Shown here: in pieces, positions 49,900 through 60,651 of the stretch
How the letters are laid out: each line of letters begins with the position of its first letter
Numbering within the stretch: the stretch's first letter is position 1
From: Alphaproteobacteria bacterium
GTDB lineage: Bacteria; Pseudomonadota; Alphaproteobacteria; MPNO01
DNA: 64,000 bases
Reading direction: 5' to 3'
Assembly: GCA_965248835.1 (NCBI GenBank)
Contig: CBDFLJ010000002.1
Coordinates: 2,336,001-2,400,000, forward strand
Program-made: the position numbers and the translations under genes
Notes under the pieces: generated by a model
What the model saw: the letters and a program-made list of their open reading frames with translations, nothing else
Database searches by the model: none
What the model was told of the DNA's origin: nothing

Positions 49900-51581
49900 C
49901 CGGATATCCCAGATAGGAGCCGATTTCGCTGCCTACCGAAGCATGATAGTCCAGCCATTGCAGCAGGTTAGCCATGGAGGAGCGGGGATTTGGCGGTGAA
50001 CGCGACGGGTGAAGCAGAATCCGTCCCGCTGCGGCTCCAGTTTGACCGCTCGGTGAAGCTGGCGTTCTGCGGCTCTTCTATCAGTTCCGACGGTGGTCTG
50101 CTGCTTCACCGCGAACTCGATGATGCCCTTGGCCTCACCGGCATGGCGGCCGATCTCCTCGCCGATCCGCGCACCGGGAAGAACGGCCGTCACCATCTAG
50201 CGGCACTCCTGCGGCAATCGATCTTCTCTCGCCTGGCGGGATATGAAGACGTCAACGACGCGGATCGTCTTTGCCGCGATCCGGTGATGCGTCAGCTCGT
50301 TGGCGGACGGGCGGTGAAGCACGGTGCGGCCTCGGCGAGCGCCATGGGCCGGTTTGAGACGGAGATATTGACCCAGCCTGATAACCTTACTGCTCTCGCC
50401 GATCTGCCCGGCCGCTGGATTGATGCGATCCATGACAGGCGACCACCGAAGAGCATCACGCTCGACATGGACAGTTCGGAAAGCCCGGTGCACGGTAGTC
50501 AGGAGGGCTCCGCCTGGAACGGTCACTTCCAGTCGAAGTGCCTGCATCCGCTGTTCGTGTTCAACCAGTTCGGTGATCTGGAGCGGTGCTCCTTGCGTCC
50601 CGGCAACGTCCACAGCGCCGCCGGCTGGGAAGATGTGCTGCGGCCGGTTCTGGCGCGCTACTCCGCGTCTGCCCGGCAATCGATCACGCGGCGGCGGTTC
50701 CGGGCTGATGCTGCCTTTGCCATCCCGGCGTTGTTCGACCTGCTGGAAGCCGAGGGCTGGGACTACGCCATCCGAATCAAGGGCAATGCCAAGCTCCACG
50801 AGCGCATCGATTGGCTGACGAAGCGCCGGCCTGGCCGGCCGCCGAACCATGTCGTGCGCCTCTACACCAGCTTCCATTACCGGGCGAAGAGTTGGTCGAA
50901 GCCGCGCCGGGTGGTGGCCAAGGTGGAGTTCCATCCAGGCGAGCTGTTTCCGACCGTCGGCTTCATCGTCACCAACCGAGGCCTGCCCAACGAGCGGGTG
51001 CTGGCCTTCTACAACGACCGCGGCACCGCCGAGCAGCACATCAAGGAGGGCAAGTATGCGCTGAAGTGGACGCGTCTCTCCTGTATGCGCTTCGCGGCAA
51101 ACGCCGTGCGGCTCCAATTGCATGCGCTCGCCTACAACCTCGCCAACTTCCTGCGGACAGCGGCGACGTCTGAACTGATCGAGCGCTGGTCCCTCACATC
51201 CTTGCGCGAACGGCTGATCAAGACTGGCACGCGGCTCGTGCGCCACGCCCGCTATGCGGTGTTCCAGATGGCGGAGGCCGCGCTGCCCCGCTCTGTCTTC
51301 GCAGGCATACTCGGCCTCATCAACGGACTGCGGGGGCCGCCAGCCGTGACGGTGCCAGCATGATCAACGGTCATCTTCGAGCCGCGATGCGCACGGCCGG
51401 AGGCGCGAGAGGTGCGACCTGCGGGAGCCAAAATGGCTTTCCTCGCTGCGCCGAACCGCTACCGGCACGCTTTGCAGGCTCGACGTCGGCCGAACGAGGC
51501 GAAGCACAGGCATTCGTTGGCTTGATCAGCGACCCCACAAATGGCATCGTCAGTGGGAGTGTTCCATATGGGGAATGCCGG
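49900..51581 (+). mobile_element. IS1380-family element with intact transposase (49990-51363)
   Basis: 457-aa ORF with SSDGGLL, LDMDSS, RADAAF, YNDRGTAEQHIKEGK; ends CCGGATATCCCAGATAGG and CCATATGGGGAATGCCGG. Confidence 0.93.
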
Positions 51582-51584
51582 CTA

Positions 51585-52262
51585 ATGGCCACGGCCAATG
51601 GGGCTATCCGACAAGAGGTGATAACCGTTTGCCGTGTGCTGGACGGGTTGGGGTTGGTGGAGGGTTTCGGCCACGTCAGCGTTCGCCAGCCGGATGGCAA
51701 CGTACTCATCACCCCTGCCCGAGCGCCAGGGCTCGTACGACCAGACGAATTTCTAACGTTTAACCTGGAAGGCGAATTGGTCGCCGGAGACGACGGAACA
51801 GGGCCCTTGGAACGCTGGATGCACTTCGCCGTATACCGGGCGCGACCCGACATCCGGGCGATTGCTCGCACCCATTCTCGAATGGCTGCCGCGCTGGGTG
51901 TGGCGAATACGCCCATTTTCACCGCGCACGGCTTCGGCGGAATGTTGGGCGCAGTCGTACCTGTTCACCCAGAAAACGACCTGATTACGGATGATGCGAT
52001 GGGTCAGGCCGTAGCGGCGTCCCTGAATGGCAACGCCGGAGTGCTTCTGCGGGGAAATGGAGCGTTGGTGACAGGGACTACATTACCTCAAGCCTGCGTC
52101 CGCGCCATTTATCTAGAAGAGGCCGCTTGGTTGCAGGTAACAGCAGCCGGGGTCGGGGGGGTGGTTCCATTCACAGTGGACGAGCTAAACGCGCGGTCAC
52201 GCTGGCACGAAGCTGAGATGGAGCGCGCCTGGCATTACTACAGCGCCAAATTCGGCGTTTAG
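51585..52262 (+). CDS. Class II aldolase/adducin family protein
   Basis: GHVSVR, E..MH..VYRARPD; metal ligands altered (RTHS, LRGNG). Confidence 0.85.
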   Translation: MATANGAIRQEVITVCRVLDGLGLVEGFGHVSVRQPDGNVLITPARAPGLVRPDEFLTFNLEGELVAGDDGTGPLERWMHFAVYRARPDIRAIARTHSRMAAALGVANTPIFTAHGFGGMLGAVVPVHPENDLITDDAMGQAVAASLNGNAGVLLRGNGALVTGTTLPQACVRAIYLEEAAWLQVTAAGVGGVVPFTVDELNARSRWHEAEMERAWHYYSAKFGV

Positions 52263-52298
52263 GGGTCGCGTGTGCGACATAGCTGGTGAAGGTTAGGC

Positions 52299-52385
52299 AT
52301 GGCGCGGATCGGTTACGCTCGGGTCAGCTCCCGCGATCAGGATCTGAGCATCCAGCTCGACGCGCTGGAAAATGCTGGTTTAGAA
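52299..52385 (+). pseudogene. Serine resolvase 5' remnant
   Basis: MARIGYARVSSRDQDLSIQLDAL. Confidence 0.85.
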
Positions 52386-52444
52386 ACAAATCCCAGGTCA
52401 TTGGGAGCCATCCATCGTGGGGAATGTAAATTAATAGAGATTGG

Positions 52445-53076
52445 GTGATCCCCATCATTAGGAACAACAAAGGATATGAGAAATTACCAATATTTCTCAT
52501 GGGTTCTCTTTACATAGACTTTGAAGATGAGCTTCTTTACGAGAAAACTACGAAGAACTCCTTCGATCATTGTTGGATGAGCCTGTCCTGCCGATACCTC
52601 CGCTTGGGGAAAACCCATTTAAAACTGTAAGACAGTTCACCAATGAGAAATTCTTGCCCAATTCCGAAAAATACGTATCACCAGAAACTACGGGTAGAGT
52701 TACTTTCGACTATTCCAACAACAACGGAAGGTACTGCATTGGATCTGGAGAGTTAATGTTTGACATAAATTGGTCCAAGTCCAGTGATCATAACATTCAA
52801 CTTCTCAGTGATCCAGATAGTATCGACACTGTTGCAGTGGTCAAAGACAAGAATCAGATAAGAGAAATAGACGACGCGCGGACTTACGACAATTCTTCTA
52901 GGATTCGCCGTCCCAAGGTTGAACAGATTGCAGTGTTAAGGAACGCGAACGGGTTTTTTGCAGCAATAAAGGTCATAAGTATTAAGGATGACAACCGTGG
53001 TAGTCCATTCGATGAGATTACCTTCGACTATGTTATCCAGACCAATCGATCACCAAGCTTTGTCGGAAGCGCCTGA
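52445..53076 (+). pseudogene. AT-rich remnant of a TIR/SEFIR-type protein (TIR tail plus FDYSNNNG C-terminal domain)
   Basis: IPIIR...LP.FL...YIDFED tail, PPLG.NPF linker, VTFDYSNNNG; frameshift near 52545-52570; 5' end missing. Confidence 0.6.
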
Positions 53077-53269
53077 CCGCTATTTGAGTCCGTTTGTTGA
53101 TTCACATGCTCAAGAAGAGCTTGTACAGAGCGACGAGCCGTGCAAGTTGTCCCGTTCCTAAAACGGAGCCAAGCGACCACCTCTGCACCATACCTTGGCG
53201 TTCGTCTATGATGGGGAATGGCCCAGTTTACTGGATTCGGTCTAAACATGCACTGTTGGAATGCGGATC

Positions 53270-53648
53270 CAGACTCAAGCCCCTCCCCTTCATGATCAAC
53301 CGCGCGCCATAGATAATGTGTCTCGCCGTTGATCCGGACAAACACCTCATCAAGGTGCCAGGGCCAGTTCGAACACGAGTGATGATGAACCCGGCGCTTG
53401 CCGATCACCGCGGCAAACAGCGGACCGAAGCGGTGCCACCGGAACCGCACCGTCTCGTGACAGACGTCGATGCCGCGCTCGAACGGCAGATCTTCGACCT
53501 GTCTCCGCGGCAACGGGCAGCGGACACACATCATCACCGCGAGGCGGACGACCTCGGACGAACTATTGAAATAACGGAGGGGATTTCGCATCCGGCAAAA
53601 CTATGGATGCCCCATCTGCCCATCAATCCATTTTTGTCTGACAACGCC
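53270..53648 (-). mobile_element. IS6-family element 5' fragment
   Basis: HETVR..W..FGP, WHLDEVFVRING..HYLWRAVD; inverted repeat GGCGTTGTCAGACAAA at 53648-53633. Confidence 0.88.
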
Positions 53649-53827
53649 TCTGGATATGGTGTTCGATCCGGCGGCCAGAATATACGCTCTCGACCTCGGC
53701 CGGGTTGTTGCGTCCGGGGATTCGAACGCGATCCGCGGCAACGCGGCCGTCGCCGCATCCTGTCTCGGTCAGCTACGCGGATGCGCCGCGTGCGACCGGG
53801 CTTATCAACCCGATGGGAGATCATGCG

Positions 53828-54259
53828 ATGAGACTCAAGGAAGTCAGCATGGTGGCTTCTGACTGCGACCGAACGGCGGCTTTGCTGGCGCGGCTTCTGG
53901 ACTGCGAGGCGTCGCCGGCGGTGGTGTGCCCCGATCCGCCCGTCCAATCGCGGTTTGCAAGTCTGCGGTGCGGCGACGCAACGCTCGCCGTCATGGAGAG
54001 CACCGCATCCGGCAGTCCGATCGATCGCTTTGTCGGCGCGCGGGGCGAGGGTCTGTTCTCGATCACGTTCGAGGTCGATGACATCGACGCGGCGATGGCG
54101 CATTTTCGCGCGTGCGGCGCAGAGTTCGTGTGCGAGGAACCGGTTCGACTCGCGGACTATTCCACCGGGTTTGACACGTATCGGGAGTGCCTGGTCAACT
54201 TCACGCATCCCCGGTCGACGGCGCGGATCCTGATCGAGCTGCAGGAGCTCCGCAAATAG
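53828..54259 (+). CDS. VOC family (methylmalonyl-CoA epimerase-like) protein
   Basis: SPIDRFV..RGEGL, FEVDDI, FTHP, LIEL. Confidence 0.8.
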   Translation: MRLKEVSMVASDCDRTAALLARLLDCEASPAVVCPDPPVQSRFASLRCGDATLAVMESTASGSPIDRFVGARGEGLFSITFEVDDIDAAMAHFRACGAEFVCEEPVRLADYSTGFDTYRECLVNFTHPRSTARILIELQELRK

Positions 54260-54300
54260 CCGCGGACCCGCGCGCCGGAGAAAAGAGTAGCGAGGACGCC

Positions 54301-56337
54301 GTGACCAGATCGTTTTGCCGTGTCTGCGAACTAGGCTGCGGCTCGAGGGTCGAGATCGACGGCGAGATCGTCACCGTCGTCCCCGACCCGCAAAACCCCT
54401 ATTCCAAGGGCTATTTTTGCATCAAGGGGCGCTGGGCGGGGGCCGTCGAGACGGATCCGGCGCGGTTGGATTCGCCCCTGCTTCGTCGCAACGGACAGCT
54501 CGGCCCGGCTTCCTGGACGGAGGCGATCGACACGATCGGCGCGAATTTGCGCGACGTCGCCGCACAGTACGGTTCCCGGTCGATCGCCGTGTTCTCGGGG
54601 AACTCGGCGGCCTATTCGGGGCATATGAGCCTCGCTGTTCGCAACCTGATGGCCGGGCTCGGCACCGACACGCTGTTCACGTCGTTCACGGTCGACTGCG
54701 TCGCCCGCTATCACGTCGCCGCCGAGGCCCTGAACCTGATGTATGCGGTCCCCGTTCCGTTTTACGACGCGGTTCCCGGCATGCTCCTGATGGGCTCGAA
54801 CGCGACCGTAAGCCAGTGGAGCCCCGCCGGAAGCACACCCGGCGGCGCCAAGGTGGCGCGCGACCTCCGTGCGCGCGGCGGTTGGCTCGGCGTTGTCGAC
54901 CCCGTCCGTCATCAGGTCGCCGATCTGGCCGACGACCATCTGGCCATACGCCCGGGAACCGACGCCGTCTTTCTCGCCGGGTTGCTGTCGTTCGTATGGA
55001 ACGGGGGCCATGTCGCGCGCGACTATGTGGACAGACACTGCCTCGGTCTGGAAGACGTCGCGGCGGCGTGCGGCGAATGGAGCCCGAAAGATATTGCATC
55101 GGCCTGCGGGCTCGAAGCCGCGGACGTCATGCGGGTGTTCGAGCAAGTGGTCGCGCGTCCGGCCGTGGTGCTCGATCGTTCAGGCCTGAGCATGGCGCCG
55201 AACGCCACCGTCACCGCCGGTCTCGCCCTGGCGGTCAACGCATCGCTGGGCCGTCTCGATGTTGCTGACGGGCTGTTCGTCCCCGACTATTCGCCGGTTC
55301 GCGGGAGAGCGATTCGCGGACGGCCCGACGGCGCACGATACGGAAGGGAATGGCCGAGCGCGCTGTTGGCGACGGCGATCCTTGGCGGAGAGTCTTCTCG
55401 AACCGCGCCCGATCTCCCCGAGGTCAGGGCGCTCATCGTGGTCGGCGGCAACCCGGCGCGCAGCCTGCCCAATTCCGGGCGCGTCGCGGAAGCCCTGTCG
55501 GCACTCGACCTGCTGGTGGTCGTCGACATATTTCCCACCGATACGACGCGCCTGGCGCACGCGGTGCTGCCCGGCAGCGGCCATTACCAGCGCGCCGATT
55601 TCAACCTGGTGAGCGCCGGACTCACGCCCGAGCGCTATCGAATTTGGACCGAAGCCGCCCTGCCGCTCCGCCGGGGCCAACGCGAGGAGTTGTGGATCGC
55701 GGACCGCCTCGCTGCGGCGTTCAACGGGGCGGATGTCGACCGGCAGCCCGAGACATTCCGCGATGCCTTGGCGAGCTGGGGAGAGGCGGCGCCGGGTTGG
55801 GCGGGTGGCGTCGTCAGCGTCAAGCGATGCGGCAGGTATCTGGAGGAGGGCTTTCCGACGCCCTCCGGCCGCATCGAGTTCGATCGCCCCTGGACCGGAG
55901 GGATAGGCGCCGCCCTGCGATCGGCATGCGCGACGGCGCCGAAGGACCGGGGCGTGCTCGCCGTCGCCGGCCGTCGACTTTCCCATGCCGTCAACTCGTT
56001 TCTTCACAACATCCCGGAAGCTGCCGCACGGGGGAATCCCGCCGTCATCTCGCCGGGCGATGCGCGGGCTCTGGGATTGAATGCGGGAGAACGGGTGCGT
56101 CTCGACGGACCGGGCGGCACCACCGAGGCGGTGCTCGCCGTGAGCGCTCGCGTGCCCGATGGCTCGATCGTGCTGTCCCACGGGTGGGGCCACGACGATC
56201 CGGACGGGACGTCCCACGCCGGGAAGCGATCGGGAGCCAACGCAAACGCGCTTACAAGCGATGTCGATATCGACCCGTTCTGCGGCATGCCGGTCTTTCA
56301 GAGCCATGTCGTGCGAATTGGCAAGATGGCCGGGTGA
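54301..56337 (+). CDS. Molybdopterin-dependent oxidoreductase (DMSO reductase superfamily)
   Basis: 4Fe-4S motif CRVCELGC...CIKG; RPGTD, GGNP, TPSGRIEF; C-terminal molydop-binding domain with HGWG. Confidence 0.9.
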   Translation: MTRSFCRVCELGCGSRVEIDGEIVTVVPDPQNPYSKGYFCIKGRWAGAVETDPARLDSPLLRRNGQLGPASWTEAIDTIGANLRDVAAQYGSRSIAVFSGNSAAYSGHMSLAVRNLMAGLGTDTLFTSFTVDCVARYHVAAEALNLMYAVPVPFYDAVPGMLLMGSNATVSQWSPAGSTPGGAKVARDLRARGGWLGVVDPVRHQVADLADDHLAIRPGTDAVFLAGLLSFVWNGGHVARDYVDRHCLGLEDVAAACGEWSPKDIASACGLEAADVMRVFEQVVARPAVVLDRSGLSMAPNATVTAGLALAVNASLGRLDVADGLFVPDYSPVRGRAIRGRPDGARYGREWPSALLATAILGGESSRTAPDLPEVRALIVVGGNPARSLPNSGRVAEALSALDLLVVVDIFPTDTTRLAHAVLPGSGHYQRADFNLVSAGLTPERYRIWTEAALPLRRGQREELWIADRLAAAFNGADVDRQPETFRDALASWGEAAPGWAGGVVSVKRCGRYLEEGFPTPSGRIEFDRPWTGGIGAALRSACATAPKDRGVLAVAGRRLSHAVNSFLHNIPEAAARGNPAVISPGDARALGLNAGERVRLDGPGGTTEAVLAVSARVPDGSIVLSHGWGHDDPDGTSHAGKRSGANANALTSDVDIDPFCGMPVFQSHVVRIGKMAG

Positions 56338-56348
56338 GGCGGCCTGGA

Positions 56349-56364
56349 GGCATTGTCAGACCAA
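56349..56364 (+). mobile_element. IS6-type terminal inverted repeat
   Basis: GGCATTGTCAGACCAA, matching the IR at 53633-53648 at 14 of 16 positions. Confidence 0.65.
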
Positions 56365-57043
56365 CTGGACAGGATTTGTAGAACCTGCAATCAAGCGCCT
56401 TCAGGCTGCTTGTCTCTTCTATTTATTACATCGGCCCTCCCAACGACGGCTCGGTTTTCCGGAACGGACATCAAATTGATTAGTGGATTTTGCAATCGAC
56501 CACGAGCCAGCATCACCATGTTCATTTTTCCGGTTCGTGCCAGCGAACACTGTGCAAGGGCATGCGGATGCTGGCTGCGTCCATGTTGCCGCAGAGAGAA
56601 ATTGATCGAAGCCCAGCGGAGATAGTCAGGTCGCGAGACGCTCGTAACGATGATGCAGGCCACCGACCTTGGGCAGGGAAACAACCTTTCCGGGACTGGC
56701 CGGCTGAACGGGTCGTCCATACGGGTTGTCCTTGCCGAGCGACAAGTGGGTTCAAGCCCCACAGGCGCAGCAGCAACAGGAAGATCGATTCAAGGGAATA
56801 CTGGCAGCCTGAACTTCAACCGGAATACACCTTAGCCCGGCCGCCAGGCTGTCCGAAAAGGTGGAGCCACCTCAGATTTTGTGCATGCCGGAAAAGGTAT
56901 CCGGTGGTGATGCGAAATTCCAAGGTTTCTAAGGCAGAGGAGATAAATGGGAGGGACAGGACCCGGGGAATGCGGAATTCTTCGCGGATTACGGCCCGGA
57001 CATCAAGCCGTCGAGACGCGACCCCGCCTACCGGCGATGACGC

Positions 57044-57229
57044 TCAATCGGGATCGTCGGTCTTCCGTTTGGTCTCGGGGAACAGCCACACGGCAATCAC
57101 CATGAACGCGCCGAGGCCGGCGGCCAGCCATTTCAGAAAGACCCCCCCGGCGTTGTGTTCGAACCAGAAGGCCCCGCAGGCAATCAGCACCACGACAACG
57201 GTAAGCGCCGCGCGAATATTGTTGGGCAT
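57044..57229 (-). CDS. Small two-TM membrane protein
   Basis: MPNNIRAALTVVVVLIA...WLFPE; RBS GGGAAGG; divergent from the panB-like gene. Confidence 0.65.
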   Translation of the reverse strand: MPNNIRAALTVVVVLIACGAFWFEHNAGGVFLKWLAAGLGAFMVIAVWLFPETKRKTDDPD

Positions 57230-57394
57230 CGCCCTGCCCTTCCCCTCGATCGCCCATCCGCCCCGGCGACGGAGCGCCACGGCACATCATTGCCTCTCAA
57301 GGCGAAATCCGTCGCCGACACATTGACGGGTTCGATACGCTCCACCAAGATAGTACTTAATATATCACAGATAGATCAATGGAAAGCGGACGTC

Positions 57395-58273
57395 ATGGCA
57401 CAGACCGGCGAGACGGAAAGGAAGAAGCGGACCATCACCGAGATCCGGGAATCCAAGACCACCGGCGAGAAAATGGTCTACATGTCCGTGCCGGACTACA
57501 CCTCGGCGAGATGGGCGGAAATGGGCGGTGTCGATGTCGCCGTCGTCGGCGACAGCCTGGCGATGGTCGCCCACGGACATCCCAATACCGTACCGGCGAC
57601 CATGGAAATGATGATCATGCATTCGTTGGCGGTACGCCGCGGCGCCCCCAACACCTTCGTGCTGGGCTGTATGCCCTATCAGAGCTACAACACGGTCGAC
57701 CGGGCCCTGGTGAATGCGACCCGCTTCATGCAGGAGGCGGGGGCCGACGCGGTCAAACCCCAGGGAGGCAAGAGCCAGGCGCATGTTCTGCGGGCGCTGG
57801 TGGATTCCGGTATTCCGACCGCGTCCCATATTGGCCTGACGCCGCATACCGTGGCGGTGTTCGGCGGCTTCAGGATACAGGGCCGGACGGCGGTCGCGGC
57901 GATGAAGATTCTGGAGGACGCGCTGGCCATCGAGGATGCGGGGTGCTTCATGCTGGAGTTCGAGGCGGTGCCCGCCAAGATCGCCAGGCTGATCTCCGAA
58001 CAGCTGGAAATCCCCACCATCGGGATAGGCGCCGGAGCGGGGACGGACGGCCAGATACTCCTGTGCTATGATCTGCTCGGCGTATTCACCGACTTCAAGC
58101 CGAAATTCACCAAGCGATACACCAATCTGACCGAGGTCGCGGTGCGGGGAATATCGCAATACGCGAGCGAAGTCAGGGGAGGCGTCTTTCCGGACGATGA
58201 TCACAGCTATGGCGTCGACGATACCGAGTTCGAAGCTTTTGCGGCGATGGTGGAAAAGCGCCGCCAGATCTGA
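57395..58273 (+). CDS. panB: 3-methyl-2-oxobutanoate hydroxymethyltransferase (PanB-like)
   Basis: VGDSL, HIGLTP, FRIQGR, IGIGAG..TDGQILL..DLLG. Confidence 0.9.
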   Translation: MAQTGETERKKRTITEIRESKTTGEKMVYMSVPDYTSARWAEMGGVDVAVVGDSLAMVAHGHPNTVPATMEMMIMHSLAVRRGAPNTFVLGCMPYQSYNTVDRALVNATRFMQEAGADAVKPQGGKSQAHVLRALVDSGIPTASHIGLTPHTVAVFGGFRIQGRTAVAAMKILEDALAIEDAGCFMLEFEAVPAKIARLISEQLEIPTIGIGAGAGTDGQILLCYDLLGVFTDFKPKFTKRYTNLTEVAVRGISQYASEVRGGVFPDDDHSYGVDDTEFEAFAAMVEKRRQI

Positions 58274-58366
58274 TCCACCCGCCCTGTCGTCCGACCCCGG
58301 CGGCACCCGAAGCTGTCATGGCGACGATCGATCCGGCCCGGTCCGGCCCGGTCCGACGTTGACACC

Positions 58367-59041
58367 GTGAAGCACGCATCGGCGACCCTGACCGACCGCG
58401 CCTATGATCGGCTGGAAGAGTCGATCGTCACATTGCGGCTGCAACCCGGCTCCGTGCTGTCGGAAAGCGCGCTTGCCGCCGATCTCGGTTTCGGTCGCAC
58501 ACCGATCCGCGAGGCGCTGCAACGTCTCGCGCGCGAGGGGCTGGTCGTCATCCTTCCGCGGAAGGGAATCCTCGTCTCCGACATCAATCCGCGCAACCAG
58601 CTCCTGCTCCTGGAAGTCCGGCGGGAATTGGAAAGACTGATCGCACGCAAAGGCGCGCTTCGCCGCACGGAGGAAGAACGTCTGCAGTTTCTCGAAATCG
58701 CCGACGGGATGGAGAAGGCATCGCGCGAGAACGACGACATCGCGTTCATGCGATACGACCAGGCCCTCAATCAACTCCAAGCCCAGGCGTCGCACAACGA
58801 ATACGCGCAGCGCGCCATGGGTCAGACGCATGGGCTGTCCAGACGCTTCTGGTACATGCACTACAGGGAGGCGGCGGATCTGCCGCTCTGCGCCAGGCTG
58901 CATGCCGAGCTCGCCCGCAGCATCGCCGAAGGCGACCCGGATGCGGCGGGACGGGCCGCCGATCGTCTGATCGACTATGTGGAAGAATTCACCCGCGCGA
59001 CCCTGGACTCGGTATCGCCGGGCCGCGCGGTCGGGAGGTGA
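58367..59041 (+). CDS. GntR family regulator (FCD domain)
   Basis: LSE..LA..LG.GRTPIREALQRL..EGLV. Confidence 0.95.
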   Translation: MKHASATLTDRAYDRLEESIVTLRLQPGSVLSESALAADLGFGRTPIREALQRLAREGLVVILPRKGILVSDINPRNQLLLLEVRRELERLIARKGALRRTEEERLQFLEIADGMEKASRENDDIAFMRYDQALNQLQAQASHNEYAQRAMGQTHGLSRRFWYMHYREAADLPLCARLHAELARSIAEGDPDAAGRAADRLIDYVEEFTRATLDSVSPGRAVGR

Positions 59042-59125
59042 GAGCACCCTCGCCCGGCGCGGGCCAGCTTTACAAGCGTTCCCGGCCGGGATAGCATACC
59101 AGAGATATATCAGAGTGACGGCGCG

Positions 59126-59470
59126 ATGAAGGTCTATTCCGGCTCCCGGACCATCGACGGCATCGTGGTGCTGGTCGACGGCAAACCGCTCGATTGCCGC
59201 TATGGCTTGAAGAGATTCACGACAACCGGATTCGAATGGACCTATGAGGGCGCCGGGCCCGCCCAGCTCTCATTGGCCTTGCTGGCCGACCATCTGGATG
59301 ACGACGGAAAAGCCCTGGATCTTTGCCGGAATTTCATGCGCTCCGTCGTGGCCAATTTGGAGAACGACTGGGAGTTGACGGGCGACGACATCGACCGGGC
59401 CCTCGAGACCCTCGGGGACCGGAGTTCGGTAAAGACGCAACAAACCAATGAAGGGAGGAGCACATCATGA
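59126..59470 (+). CDS. DUF6166-like protein
   Basis: GFEWTYEGAGPAQLSLALLAD. Confidence 0.75.
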   Translation: MKVYSGSRTIDGIVVLVDGKPLDCRYGLKRFTTTGFEWTYEGAGPAQLSLALLADHLDDDGKALDLCRNFMRSVVANLENDWELTGDDIDRALETLGDRSSVKTQQTNEGRSTS

Positions 59471-60528
59471 CCCTTACACGAATTCATGCCCGGCTGGCCG
59501 CGGCGGCGGTTTTAGCGCTTGCCGTGACCGCGGCGCAGTCGGCCTTCGCCGCCGGCGAGCACAAGTGGAAATTGGCCGCAAGCTGGGGCGGCGGGCCGCT
59601 GATGAAGATCGGCGCCGAGGCCGTGGCCAAGAAGATCGACTTCCTGACCGAGGGCCGCATCAAGGTGCGGGTCTTCCCGTCCGGACAACTGTCCAAGGGG
59701 TTGGATGTCCGCAGCGCCGTCGCCAAAGGTGTGGCCGAGGCGGGTCACACCTGGATGGGCTATGACTGGGGCAAGGACAAGACAACCGTGCTGTTCGGCG
59801 GCTATGCCGGCGCCATGGATTCGGAACGCATGCTGCACTGGATCTATGAGGGCGGCGGGCTGGAGATGTGGCAGGAATTCAGCCAGGAGCGCTTCGGGCT
59901 CGTCTCTTTTCCGTGTTTCACCCGTACCGCTGAAGCCTTTCTGCACTCTCGCAAGGCGGTGAAGACCCTCGCCGATCTCAAGGGTCTCAAATTCCGGACG
60001 GCGGGCGCCTGGCTTGAGATTTCCAAGGGTCTCGGCGCGGCTCCGGTCACCATGCCGGGCGGCGAGGTCTACACCTCCCTGGAGCGCGGCACGATCGATG
60101 CCACGGAATGGGGCACGCTTTACGAGAATATCTCGTCCGGCTTTCACAAGATCGCCAAATACGTGATCATTCCCGGCATTCACCAACCGACCGCGCCCTT
60201 CGAGCTGGTCATCAACCAGAAGGCCTGGGCCAAGATCTCCGACCGGGACAAGCAGCTCGTGGCGCTCGCGGCCAAGCTGGTCACCTTCGAAAGCTGGACG
60301 CGGATCGGCCACGAGGACGCCAAGGCTCTCGACTTCTACAAGAAGCAGGGCAACGAGATCATCGTGCTCGACGCCGACGTCCAGCGGCAGGCGAAAAAGC
60401 TGTCGATCGCCTGGGCGCAGAAGCAGGCCAAGACCAACCCCTGGTTTGACAAGGTCCTGAAGAGCCAGCTGGCCTTCGAGCAGCTGTGGCGGGACGCGTC
60501 GCATTATCGCAACGTGATCTCCGACTAG
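59467..60528 (+). CDS. dctP: TRAP transporter substrate-binding protein
   Basis: Signal peptide; DLKGLKFR, GGEVYTSLERGTIDATEW. Confidence 0.95.
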   Translation: MTLTRIHARLAAAAVLALAVTAAQSAFAAGEHKWKLAASWGGGPLMKIGAEAVAKKIDFLTEGRIKVRVFPSGQLSKGLDVRSAVAKGVAEAGHTWMGYDWGKDKTTVLFGGYAGAMDSERMLHWIYEGGGLEMWQEFSQERFGLVSFPCFTRTAEAFLHSRKAVKTLADLKGLKFRTAGAWLEISKGLGAAPVTMPGGEVYTSLERGTIDATEWGTLYENISSGFHKIAKYVIIPGIHQPTAPFELVINQKAWAKISDRDKQLVALAAKLVTFESWTRIGHEDAKALDFYKKQGNEIIVLDADVQRQAKKLSIAWAQKQAKTNPWFDKVLKSQLAFEQLWRDASHYRNVISD

Positions 60529-60651
60529 CCCCGTCACCGCCAACGGTCGAGGAAGGTCGCGGCCCGCGCCGCGCCTTCCTCGTCGACCCCGCCGGCTGAA
60601 GCTCCGGCCGACCGCGACGATGTCACGCTCAGGCGCGGGGGCGCTGCGATC

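Noticed and set aside
56746-56772. GTGGGTTCAAGCCCCAC resembling a tRNA T-arm
   Set aside because: No D or anticodon arm; it is continuous with what looks like decayed IS-associated sequence
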